From Euryarchaeota archaeon SM23-78 (GTDB lineage Archaea; Nanobdellota; Nanobdellia; Woesearchaeales; SM23-78), in the NCBI GenBank assembly GCA_001595785.1, contig LSSJ01000022.1, positions 21,957 to 53,956 of the forward strand: a stretch of DNA of 32,000 bases, given 5' to 3'. Positions 16,070 to 23,719 of the stretch are shown here, piece by piece. The notes beneath the pieces were generated by a model. That model was not told where the DNA came from. It was given only the letters and a program-made list of their open reading frames with translations, and searched no databases. Made by a program: the position numbers and the translations under genes. The first letter of the stretch is position 1, and each line of letters begins with the position of its first letter.

Positions 16070-17170
16070 TCATCTTCTTGTTTTTGGTTCTACGCTTTTT
16101 ATGATATCAAACTTTTCCTTTTTATCAATCAAAGGCCATTCCTCATCATGCTTTGAGCTCTTGTGTTTCTTTTTTTTGGTTTTAGGCCTGCTAAAAGGGT
16201 CTTCTTCTCCTACATGTATGGTCCTCACTCTTCCTCTGCCTTTTAAAACTAGGTAGAGGGCAATAATCACTACTAATGCTATAACTATTATTACCAAAAT
16301 GAGGAGAGCATTACTCTTCTTCTCTGGTCCTGGTTGTGGCTCTGGGGGAGTGGGAGGTTTTACTACTGGTTCTTCATCCTCAACAACTATAACCTCTTCC
16401 TCTTCAGGTTGTTGTTCTGGCTCCTCAGTAACTTCCTCTGGTTCTTCTTCCTCTTCAACAGTTGTTCTTGGGTAAGGAGTCACAACAAAATAAGCATTAA
16501 CGTTTCTCTCAACATCTATTAAAGAAAGCTCAATATCTATAGTTTTATCTTTATCAAAATCAAAACTAAACGTGGAAGGGACAAGCATCTTATGAATAGT
16601 ACCTGCACTTCTGTCTCTTACCTCCACAAAGTTGGTATCCCCAGAAACACCCATCTTAATAATATCAAGGTAATGAACGGTTTTGCCAATCTTTATCTGG
16701 ATGTCCTCTCCTCCTTTCATGGCTGGCAGCTCTACAGGGCTCTGACCAGGTGCTATTGTGAATACATAACTCCTAAGGCCGTTTGGATTGTAAAGGATTT
16801 CATAACCTTCTTTTATTTCTGCACCAACATTAACAGTCAGTGTTCTTTTCTCAGACAATATTTGGCTGTGTTCTGTATCAAAACACCTCATAAACCAAGT
16901 ATGGGTTCCTGCTTCAAGCTCTATGGTCATTTTATTGTTGGTTCTCCTGATAAGAATGTTTCTGAAACCTTCGACTTTGTCATCAACAATTAAGGAGCAG
17001 TTAAGAATATCAACATACTCGCTAAAACCGTAAAGAAAGTCCTGCTCATAAGTTGTTATAACAGCTCCATCACTAGGTGATTTCAGGAGTATGCTAATAG
17101 GCTCATCAGCATTTACTGCTAGTGCAAATAATAATAGAACAAATGTTAGTATACATAGATGTTTTTTCAT
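16070..17170 (-). CDS. secreted surface protein with an acidic linker, C-terminal TM anchor and basic tail (paralog of 15061..16065)
   Basis: Signal peptide (LTFVLLLFALAVNA). The GTHTWFMRCFD domain aligns with GTYHWRIECVD in its neighbour. An E/P-rich linker, a TM segment (LLILVIIVIALVVIIALYLVL) and a K-rich tail follow. Confidence 0.65.
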   Translation of the reverse strand: MKKHLCILTFVLLLFALAVNADEPISILLKSPSDGAVITTYEQDFLYGFSEYVDILNCSLIVDDKVEGFRNILIRRTNNKMTIELEAGTHTWFMRCFDTEHSQILSEKRTLTVNVGAEIKEGYEILYNPNGLRSYVFTIAPGQSPVELPAMKGGEDIQIKIGKTVHYLDIIKMGVSGDTNFVEVRDRSAGTIHKMLVPSTFSFDFDKDKTIDIELSLIDVERNVNAYFVVTPYPRTTVEEEEEPEEVTEEPEQQPEEEEVIVVEDEEPVVKPPTPPEPQPGPEKKSNALLILVIIVIALVVIIALYLVLKGRGRVRTIHVGEEDPFSRPKTKKKKHKSSKHDEEWPLIDKKEKFDIIKSVEPKTRR

Positions 17171-17232
17171 TTATCCCCACCCTTTATTTCTTATTATTAT
17201 TTCATTTGTTGTTAATGTATATAAATCTTTTG

Positions 17233-19296
17233 TTAGAATATCTTGCTTTCATGCCCCTGCTTTCTTACACGGATTATGCTGTCCACAAAGCTCTCCATTT
17301 TTGCTTCATGACTTACTATTATGCCTTGGGCTACGTTTATCTGGTCAAGCACCTCTCTTACTCTGTCTAGTTGTTCTGAGGAGAAACCGTCTGTTGGCTC
17401 ATCAAGGATGATTAGATCTCTAGTCCTAATAGTGCTTAGGAAGTCATTGATAACCTTATTTAAGGCTAACCTGTAAGCAAGGGCTACACTGGTCTTCTCC
17501 CCTCCTGACAGGTTGTCAAGCCAGGTCTCATAACCGTTTTGCTCAATCACAGGGGAGAAAGAGTCATCAAGCCTCACACTAAGGGCCTCGTCTTCTAGCA
17601 GGGTGTTGAACCATTCTTGGAAAAAGGCATTAAATTCATTGTAGATTCTTGCAAGAATGCTCTTCTCAATAACATCTACCAAAATGATGAAGTGGTCTTG
17701 CATCCAGGTCTTTATCTCTTGGAGTTGTGAGAGTTTTTTCTCATCCTGCTTCATCCTATCAATCTCCTGCTTTAATCTCTCAATTAATTTGTTAATAGTC
17801 TGGAGTTGGGTTTTCTTCTCAACCACTGCTTTCTCAAGCTTATCCTTTTCTTCTCTTTTATCTTCTAGTTCCTGCTTTGCTTTTTCAAACTCTTCTTTCT
17901 TGTCTTTTTGCTGCTCAAGCCTTTGCTCTAATTCTTTTATCACTTCTTTGTGCTTGCTCTTCTTATCTTTTAAATCAGACAATTCTTTTTCAAGATTCTT
18001 TTTACGCTCTTTTTTCTCTTCTAGAGCGTCAAGTTTTACTTTTTTTGCTTCAAGCTCTTTTTCTCCTCTAATATAATTATCAATTTCTTCTTCTATGGCC
18101 CTCTTTTTACCACTTAACTTTTTATTCCACTCCTCAAGCCTTTCAAGATTGGTTTCGCATGTTTTGATAATCACCTGCTCCCTTGCATTCACCTCTTTTG
18201 CATGTTTCAGAGTAATCTTTTGCTGGCAGGTAGGACACACATCAAGGTCTGTTATTTTTTTAATAATAATTTCAGAAGCCTCTTTCTTTGTCTTAAACTC
18301 TGATTTCCTGGAATTAATTTCTGATAGTTTCTTATCAATTTTCTTAAGCTCCTCTTTTTTCCTTTTAATAGTTTCTTTTATCTCTTCTGCCTTGCTTATA
18401 TCAAAGCCTTCTAAACCTTTTAAGAGTTCATCAAGCATTGAATTAACCTTTTTTAGCTCTGCTTCTCCTCTTTCCAACTGCTTGGTGAATGAGCTAAACT
18501 CACTCTTCTTAACCTCGCACTCCTTCTCAACCTTTTTCAACTCCTCAAGCTCTTGCTCTAGCTTGTCAAAACCCTTTTTTACTTTTTCAAACTCATCCTT
18601 AATATCTGAGAGCTCACCCTCCTTATCCTCAAGCTTTTCCTTGAGCTCCTCAACCTGCTTGTCATACTCTTCTAGCTCTTGCTTCTTATCAGGCAGAATC
18701 TCAAGCTTGCCCTGCAAAACACTGACCTTGTTCTTAAGCTCCCTGATATAGTTAAGAGAGTTCTCTTTAACACGCTTGTACTTATCAATATTAAACAGCT
18801 TTCTAAGAATATCAAGTCTTTCCTCTCTGTTCTCATAAAGAATCCTTTTCATCTCCTCCTGCGGGGTAAAAACCGTGTACCTGAAGATTAAAGACTTAGA
18901 CTTGGTAAGTAAGGTTTCTGGATAACCAATTAATTCAAGAATCCTGGCTTTTAATTCCTGAGGAGTTCCTTCGAAGACCTTGTCATTAATAGTCAAGGTT
19001 CCTGGTTCCTGCACAACTCCGCTGGAAGTTCTTTTTAAAGAACGCTTAATAGATACATTATCCTTACCAAGAGTGAATGAGAGTTCAACAGAGCCCTTAC
19101 TAGCACCATGCCTAAGCAAGGTATTGCCTGTGAGCACCCCTTTCATAATTCCAAAGATAGCAAACTCAAGGGCTAATAGGATTGAGGTCTTGCCACTCCC
19201 AATATCCCCTGATAATAGCACAGAGCCAGTAGGGAAGCTAATGGTCTCATCCACATACGATCTTATATTCCTCAATCTAAGAGAACGGATGATCAT
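17233..19296 (-). CDS. rad50: Rad50-type SMC-like ATPase with a zinc hook
   Basis: Walker A is GDIGSGKTSIL. Long coiled coils flank the hook CPTCQQ. The signature is LSGGEKTSVALAYRLAL and Walker B is LIILDEPTDGF. At 687 aa it is shorter than typical archaeal Rad50. Confidence 0.85.
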   Translation of the reverse strand: MIIRSLRLRNIRSYVDETISFPTGSVLLSGDIGSGKTSILLALEFAIFGIMKGVLTGNTLLRHGASKGSVELSFTLGKDNVSIKRSLKRTSSGVVQEPGTLTINDKVFEGTPQELKARILELIGYPETLLTKSKSLIFRYTVFTPQEEMKRILYENREERLDILRKLFNIDKYKRVKENSLNYIRELKNKVSVLQGKLEILPDKKQELEEYDKQVEELKEKLEDKEGELSDIKDEFEKVKKGFDKLEQELEELKKVEKECEVKKSEFSSFTKQLERGEAELKKVNSMLDELLKGLEGFDISKAEEIKETIKRKKEELKKIDKKLSEINSRKSEFKTKKEASEIIIKKITDLDVCPTCQQKITLKHAKEVNAREQVIIKTCETNLERLEEWNKKLSGKKRAIEEEIDNYIRGEKELEAKKVKLDALEEKKERKKNLEKELSDLKDKKSKHKEVIKELEQRLEQQKDKKEEFEKAKQELEDKREEKDKLEKAVVEKKTQLQTINKLIERLKQEIDRMKQDEKKLSQLQEIKTWMQDHFIILVDVIEKSILARIYNEFNAFFQEWFNTLLEDEALSVRLDDSFSPVIEQNGYETWLDNLSGGEKTSVALAYRLALNKVINDFLSTIRTRDLIILDEPTDGFSSEQLDRVREVLDQINVAQGIIVSHEAKMESFVDSIIRVRKQGHESKIF

Positions 19297-19352
19297 GGCA
19301 AACAGGAAAAGAATAGATTATTTATACTTTTCCTTTGATATCTTAAAAAAAC

Positions 19353-19360
19353 TTTATAAA
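19353..19360 (+). promoter_or_regulatory. TATA box (TTTATAAA) of tRNA-Gln
   Basis: It lies 25 nt upstream of the tRNA 5' end. Confidence 0.45.
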
Positions 19361-19385
19361 CCCATAAACAGTAATGAATGAGTAT

Positions 19386-19531
19386 AGCCCTGTAGTGTAG
19401 TGGCCAAATCATTGAAGGCTAATCATTTCGGATTTTGGAGGCAATCCAAGCCGAGAATGTCCGAAGACCTCGGTTCGAAATGTCGAAGAAGCAGAGTACG
19501 CGGTCTTCAAGCGAAAGTCCGAGCAGGGCTA
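19386..19531 (+). tRNA. tRNA-Gln(UUG): tRNA-Gln(UUG) with three introns (D-loop/D-stem junction, 37/38, T-loop 59/60)
   Basis: AGCCCTG-TA-GTGT-AGTGGCCAA[~15 nt, 19408-19422]TCAT-T-TCGGA-TTTTGG[20 nt, 19439-19458]G-TCCGA-AGAC-CTCGG-TTCGAA[38 nt, 19480-19517]T-CCGAG-CAGGGCT-A. It has the A1-U72 pair typical of archaeal tRNA-Gln. All three introns can be drawn as bulge-helix-bulge motifs (central helices GGCC/GGCT, TTTT/GAGA, TTCG/CGAA). Confidence 0.75.
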
Positions 19532-19621
19532 TCTTATACTTCTGTCCGTTTTAAAGGAACATTTCAACTTGATTTGAAACTTTCGGAATATTTATAAAAT
19601 ACATAAGGCAAATAACTTATC

Positions 19622-20131
19622 ATGGAGCTAAAAGTCACAGTCAAGATATTGTTGATTATCTTAGTAGCAATCGCAGGAATTCTCTCACTTTTAAGATTAT
19701 TTGGTATCTGGATGATAACATGGGGAGCGATATTTCATTTAGTGCTCATTATCTGGGTTCCTTTAGTTATAATTATACTAGGCCCATTCTTTCTTAGGAA
19801 ACTGATAAAACGGTTTTTTGCACCTAGATGGATTAGTGTAATCCTCTTTTTTGTGATACTAGCATTACTCTTTCTTATTGAGATAGTTCCTTTTAGAATA
19901 TCAATAAATTGTGTTTTCCCCCCATGCGGGTATGTGACCACAGCAGTATCAGCATATACAGTCTTTTCATATCTATCCAGCTATCCAGAACATCTTAAGA
20001 CATGGGCTACCCCTTTCACCTTTCCAGTAATAATGCTTGAGATACTTGCAGCGTTTTTGCTGAGCAAAGCAGGAGCATGGCTGGTTGGAAAAATTAAAGC
20101 CAAGCTCTCTGAAAGGACAAAACCAAGCTAG
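19622..20131 (+). CDS. polytopic membrane protein, unknown function
   Basis: 169-aa ORF with about 5 hydrophobic helices. Confidence 0.6.
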   Translation: MELKVTVKILLIILVAIAGILSLLRLFGIWMITWGAIFHLVLIIWVPLVIIILGPFFLRKLIKRFFAPRWISVILFFVILALLFLIEIVPFRISINCVFPPCGYVTTAVSAYTVFSYLSSYPEHLKTWATPFTFPVIMLEILAAFLLSKAGAWLVGKIKAKLSERTKPS

Positions 20132-20158
20132 CCTCCAAGCGGGGCTACTATTTTTAAA

Positions 20159-20872
20159 ATGAACATCCTCCCAAATATTAAAATCATTGGCTTAGCCCTT
20201 TTCTTTGAAAAGCAAAAAATCCTTGTTATTGCAGACACTCATATTGGCTATGAAGAGGCTCTTAACAAGCAAGGGATTCTTATTCCTAGGTTGCAGTTCA
20301 AGGAAATTATGAAGAATTTGGAAGATGTTTTCAAAAATGTAAAGCCCAAGCTTATAGTAATGCTTGGCGATATAAAGCATGAGTTTGGCACTATTTCTAA
20401 GCAGGAGTGGCGTGATACTCTTAATTTGCTTGATTATCTGCTTGACAAGGCAAAAGTGGTTCTAATAAAAGGTAATCACGATACAATTCTGGGGCCTCTT
20501 GCTAGAAAAAAAGATTTAGAAATTAAAGACTATTTTGTTGTTGATAATTATTTATTTTGCCATGGCCATAAGATATTTGATGACCAGATAAAGGAATGGA
20601 AAAAGATAAAGACAATCATTATTGGTCATGAGCACCCGGCTATTGGTATAAGAGATGATGTAAGGGTTGAAAAATATAAGTGCTTTTTACTAGGAAAATA
20701 CAGAGGGAAAAATCTGATTGTGATGCCTAGCTTTAACTTTGTAACAGAAGGCACAGATGTGCTACAGGAAAAACTGTTAAGTCCTTTTATTAGTAATATT
20801 AATGAGTTTGAAGCATTTGTGTTAGGAGATAAAGTTTATAACTTTGGAAAGATAAACAAGTTTAGAGAATAA
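20159..20872 (+). CDS. metallophosphoesterase, archaeal SbcD/Mre11-related small phosphoesterase family
   Basis: Calcineurin-like motifs are present in order: VIADTHIG, GDIKHEF, GNHD, GHEH. The ~237-aa size fits the short SbcD-related family rather than Mre11. Confidence 0.75.
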   Translation: MNILPNIKIIGLALFFEKQKILVIADTHIGYEEALNKQGILIPRLQFKEIMKNLEDVFKNVKPKLIVMLGDIKHEFGTISKQEWRDTLNLLDYLLDKAKVVLIKGNHDTILGPLARKKDLEIKDYFVVDNYLFCHGHKIFDDQIKEWKKIKTIIIGHEHPAIGIRDDVRVEKYKCFLLGKYRGKNLIVMPSFNFVTEGTDVLQEKLLSPFISNINEFEAFVLGDKVYNFGKINKFRE

Positions 20873-20874
20873 GA

Positions 20875-21510
20875 TTATTTTTTCTCCTTCTGATACTCAA
20901 AGTAGGAATAAACAATCAAATAAAAGGCAAATGCTAGCACAGGAATAAGCACAAACCAAATCGAGTACTTGGGAAAAAAGATTCCTATGATAGCAACAAC
21001 CCCTGCAATCTTGAACAGGTTTGCACCTAGCTTATGAGTCTTATCCCAAACCTGGTCACTGCTCAGAGTCCAAGGAGTTCTGATGCCAATAAACCAGTTC
21101 CTCTTAGCCTTTTGTAATAATATGCCTATGTAAAAGAAGAGCAGGCCAAGAGCAGGAACCATTGCAATATTCATGTTGTATCTAACTCCTAAGTTCCAGA
21201 GAATAGTAAGCATGAAGATGTAGAAAAAGAACACAAATAATAATATAATGAACCAGTCAAAATACTTTCTGAACTTCTTAATATTAGCTTTTAAAGGGTC
21301 AATCACAGGAATAACAAGGAAGAGCAAGAACAAACTAAAAGATATAATCGGCATTAGGAACAAACCCCAGAACTTAGACATATAACCATCCACCTGGCCT
21401 TTAGCATTCCAGTGAGAAGCCATTTTGTCAGGCACATTAGGATAAGCCCAGAGCGCAATTATAAATGAAACTAGGATTATTATAATGATTACAATATTGG
21501 CTTTTCGCAT
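20875..21510 (-). CDS. SdpI/YhfL-family membrane protein (DUF1648 + SdpI)
   Basis: MASHWNAKGQVDGYMSKFWGL resembles DUF1648. IGIRTPWTLSSDQVWDKTHKL is the SdpI signature. Confidence 0.75.
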   Translation of the reverse strand: MRKANIVIIIIILVSFIIALWAYPNVPDKMASHWNAKGQVDGYMSKFWGLFLMPIISFSLFLLFLVIPVIDPLKANIKKFRKYFDWFIILLFVFFFYIFMLTILWNLGVRYNMNIAMVPALGLLFFYIGILLQKAKRNWFIGIRTPWTLSSDQVWDKTHKLGANLFKIAGVVAIIGIFFPKYSIWFVLIPVLAFAFYLIVYSYFEYQKEKK

Positions 21511-21573
21511 ATTCAGAGCTAAGCCTTGTTTTTTTATTAATCTTTCGAAAAAATAGAATCAGAATCCACAACC

Positions 21574-21583
21574 CTTATAAATA
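21574..21583 (+). promoter_or_regulatory. TATA-like box CTTATAAATA with SD GAGGTGG (21609-21615) serving the metK 5' relic
   Basis: The box lies about 40 nt upstream of the ATG at 21623. The SD is 7 nt upstream of that ATG. Confidence 0.4.
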
Positions 21584-21622
21584 CTGGTTCTTAAGAAAAG
21601 TTGAGTATGAGGTGGTTTTTTT

Positions 21623-21664
21623 ATGAGCAAATACTTTTTTACAAGTGAAAGCGTTACAGAAGGA
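21623..21664 (+). pseudogene. metK: relic 5' end of metK (14 codons, [14 protein letters not shown])
   Basis: [11 protein letters not shown] is 11/11 identical to residues 5-15 of the downstream MetK, but 6 of the 11 codons differ synonymously. Homology stops exactly before the GHPDK motif. The frame then reads 31 unrelated codons to a stop at 21760. Confidence 0.6.
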
Positions 21665-22541
21665 ACCACAATCTTATATAACCAATTTATAATGAAGCAA
21701 TCTTTTTTTATTAGAAATTATGAATTCCCACAAAGGAGGCTTAGTTTATGGGAATTATAATTTCAAAAAATAAAAAAAGAGAATGCTTATCTTTTATTAA
21801 ATCAAACTTCAACAAGATTTCTCAAAGACAAATGGCAAAGATTTTAGGCCTGGGTAAAACAAGTGTAAACAGATGGTCTAAAGAGTTGGATTTAAAATTT
21901 AAAAAACACACTGTAAATGAGAAATTCTTTGATAAATGGAGTGAAAAATCTGCTTATATCTTAGGGTTGATTTTTTCTGATGGAAATATTAATTATAATA
22001 CAAAAAAAGGGTATTGTGCTATTACAATAACTGCTGCTGAAAAAGATAAAGAACACTTAGAGAGAATTAGAAAACTTTTATCAAGTACAAAACCTCTTCT
22101 TTTCTCATCAAAGACAAAGTCTTATAGGTTAATAATAAACAGTAAATACATGTGCTTAAATTTATTGAAATTAGGACTTACTCCAAAAAAATCCTTAACT
22201 TTAGACTTTCCTACGATTCCAAAGAGTTTCTTAAAAGATTTTGTTCGTGGAGTTATTGATGGAGATGGAAATGTGAGGTATCTCTCTCGAAAAAGAAGCC
22301 CTTATTTTGAAATCACTGTTGCTTCTGGTTCAAAAAAATTTTGTGAAGGATTTGTAAAAGTCGTTAAAGATGCGATTGGTGTTGATGCGAATATAAGAAA
22401 AGCAAAAACAAACACATTTATAATTCAATATTCCTGTTCTAGAGGAGAAAAGCTTGCAAAATATATTTATTCTAACGCAACTATTTTCTTAAAAAGGAAA
22501 TATCTGCCATATAAAGAAAATGTATTAGGAGGTAAGTAAAA
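21665..22541 (+). mobile_element. free-standing homing-endonuclease gene insertion between the metK relic and the intact metK
   Basis: The interval is bounded by the end of relic homology (21664) and the metK ATG (22542). It contains only the LAGLIDADG ORF with its own SD (AGGAGG, 8-nt spacer). Confidence 0.55.
21748..22539 (+). CDS. LAGLIDADG (double-motif) homing endonuclease with an N-terminal HTH
   Basis: The two motifs are [12 protein letters not shown] and [12 protein letters not shown], about 100 aa apart. The N-terminal HTH is [24 protein letters not shown]. Confidence 0.85.
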   Translation: MGIIISKNKKRECLSFIKSNFNKISQRQMAKILGLGKTSVNRWSKELDLKFKKHTVNEKFFDKWSEKSAYILGLIFSDGNINYNTKKGYCAITITAAEKDKEHLERIRKLLSSTKPLLFSSKTKSYRLIINSKYMCLNLLKLGLTPKKSLTLDFPTIPKSFLKDFVRGVIDGDGNVRYLSRKRSPYFEITVASGSKKFCEGFVKVVKDAIGVDANIRKAKTNTFIIQYSCSRGEKLAKYIYSNATIFLKRKYLPYKENVLGGK

Positions 22542-23699
22542 ATGGATGGAAACTATTTTTTTACATCAGAAAGTGTAACTGAAGGTCACCCAGATAAAGT
22601 AGCAGACCAGGTCTCTGACGCAATCCTTGATGCAATGCTAAAAGATGACCCTAATTCAAGAGTAGCAGTTGAGTGCTTGACAAAAACAGGCTTTATTATT
22701 GCTGCTGGCGAGGTCACAACCAAGACTTATGTTGATATACAAGAAGTGGTTAGAAACACTCTTAAAGAGATTGGTTATGACAAGCCAGAGTATGGCTTTG
22801 ACTATAAGACCTGTGGGGTGCTTACCAGTATTTCTGAGCAAAGCCCTGACATAGCCCAAGGCGTGAATGAGACAAAAGAGCATGAGCAAGGAGCAGGCGA
22901 CCAAGGAATCATGTTTGGGTATGCATGCAAAGAAACACCTGAGCTTATGCCTTTACCAATAATGCTTGCTCATAAACTAACCATGAGATTAGCAGAGGCT
23001 AGGAAGAAGAAAGAACTAACCTTTCTAAGGCCTGATGGTAAGAGCCAAGTGACAGTGGAGTATGATGATGGAAAACCTGTAAGAGTGGGTGCTGTTGTGG
23101 TGAGCACCCACCATGACCCTGATATTAGTATAGAAGAATTAAGAAAACAAGTAAAAGAAAAAATCATTAAGCCTGTTTGTGGAGAATGGATTGATGACAA
23201 GACTAAGTTCTTTATTAACCCTACAGGCAGGTTTGTTATAGGAGGACCAGTGGCTGATAGCGGGCTTACAGGAAGAAAAATAATTGTAGATACTTATGGA
23301 GGAGTGGGTAGTCATGGAGGAGGCTGCTTCTCAGGCAAAGACCCAAGCAAGGTTGATAGGAGTGCTAGTTATATGGCTCGTTACATTGCAAAGAACATAG
23401 TAGCAGCAGGCTTAGCTGATAAGTGTGAGGTGCAATTAGGCTATGCTATTGGAATAGCAGAGCCTGTGAGTGTACTTGTTGATACCTTTGGAACAGGAAA
23501 GATTGATAATGGTAAATTATTAGAGCTAATAAAGAAAAACTTTCCTCTTAAACCAGCAGAGATGATAAAGTATCTTAAACTAAAAAGACCCATATATAAG
23601 AAGACTGCTTGTTACGGGCATTTTGGCAGGCAAGAACCAGAGTTTACCTGGGAGAAGACAGATAAGGCAGAGGTTTTGAAAAAGGAAGCTTTTTCTTAA
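22542..23699 (+). CDS. metK: S-adenosylmethionine synthetase, bacterial/eukaryal type
   Basis: [38 protein letters not shown], and [27 protein letters not shown]. It is full length at 385 aa. Its SD GGAGGT lies in the last codons of the endonuclease gene. Confidence 0.95.
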   Translation: MDGNYFFTSESVTEGHPDKVADQVSDAILDAMLKDDPNSRVAVECLTKTGFIIAAGEVTTKTYVDIQEVVRNTLKEIGYDKPEYGFDYKTCGVLTSISEQSPDIAQGVNETKEHEQGAGDQGIMFGYACKETPELMPLPIMLAHKLTMRLAEARKKKELTFLRPDGKSQVTVEYDDGKPVRVGAVVVSTHHDPDISIEELRKQVKEKIIKPVCGEWIDDKTKFFINPTGRFVIGGPVADSGLTGRKIIVDTYGGVGSHGGGCFSGKDPSKVDRSASYMARYIAKNIVAAGLADKCEVQLGYAIGIAEPVSVLVDTFGTGKIDNGKLLELIKKNFPLKPAEMIKYLKLKRPIYKKTACYGHFGRQEPEFTWEKTDKAEVLKKEAFS

Positions 23700-23719
23700 G
23701 CTTAGTATTTTAATTACTA

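Noticed and set aside
17657-18891. Several plus-strand ORFs (139, 64, 218, 70 aa) rich in S/F/L
   Set aside because: They are antisense to the K/E-rich coiled-coil region of rad50. Low-complexity S/F/L composition is the expected mirror of AAG/GAA-rich coding sequence.
19400-19597. 65-aa ORF from the track
   Set aside because: It overlaps the tRNA-Gln gene (19386-19531), and its sequence is simply the translated tRNA and introns.
20159-20872. Calling the 237-aa phosphoesterase Mre11
   Set aside because: It has the calcineurin-like motifs, but it is far shorter than Mre11 and lacks a capping or Rad50-binding C-terminal region. It fits the short SbcD-related archaeal family better.
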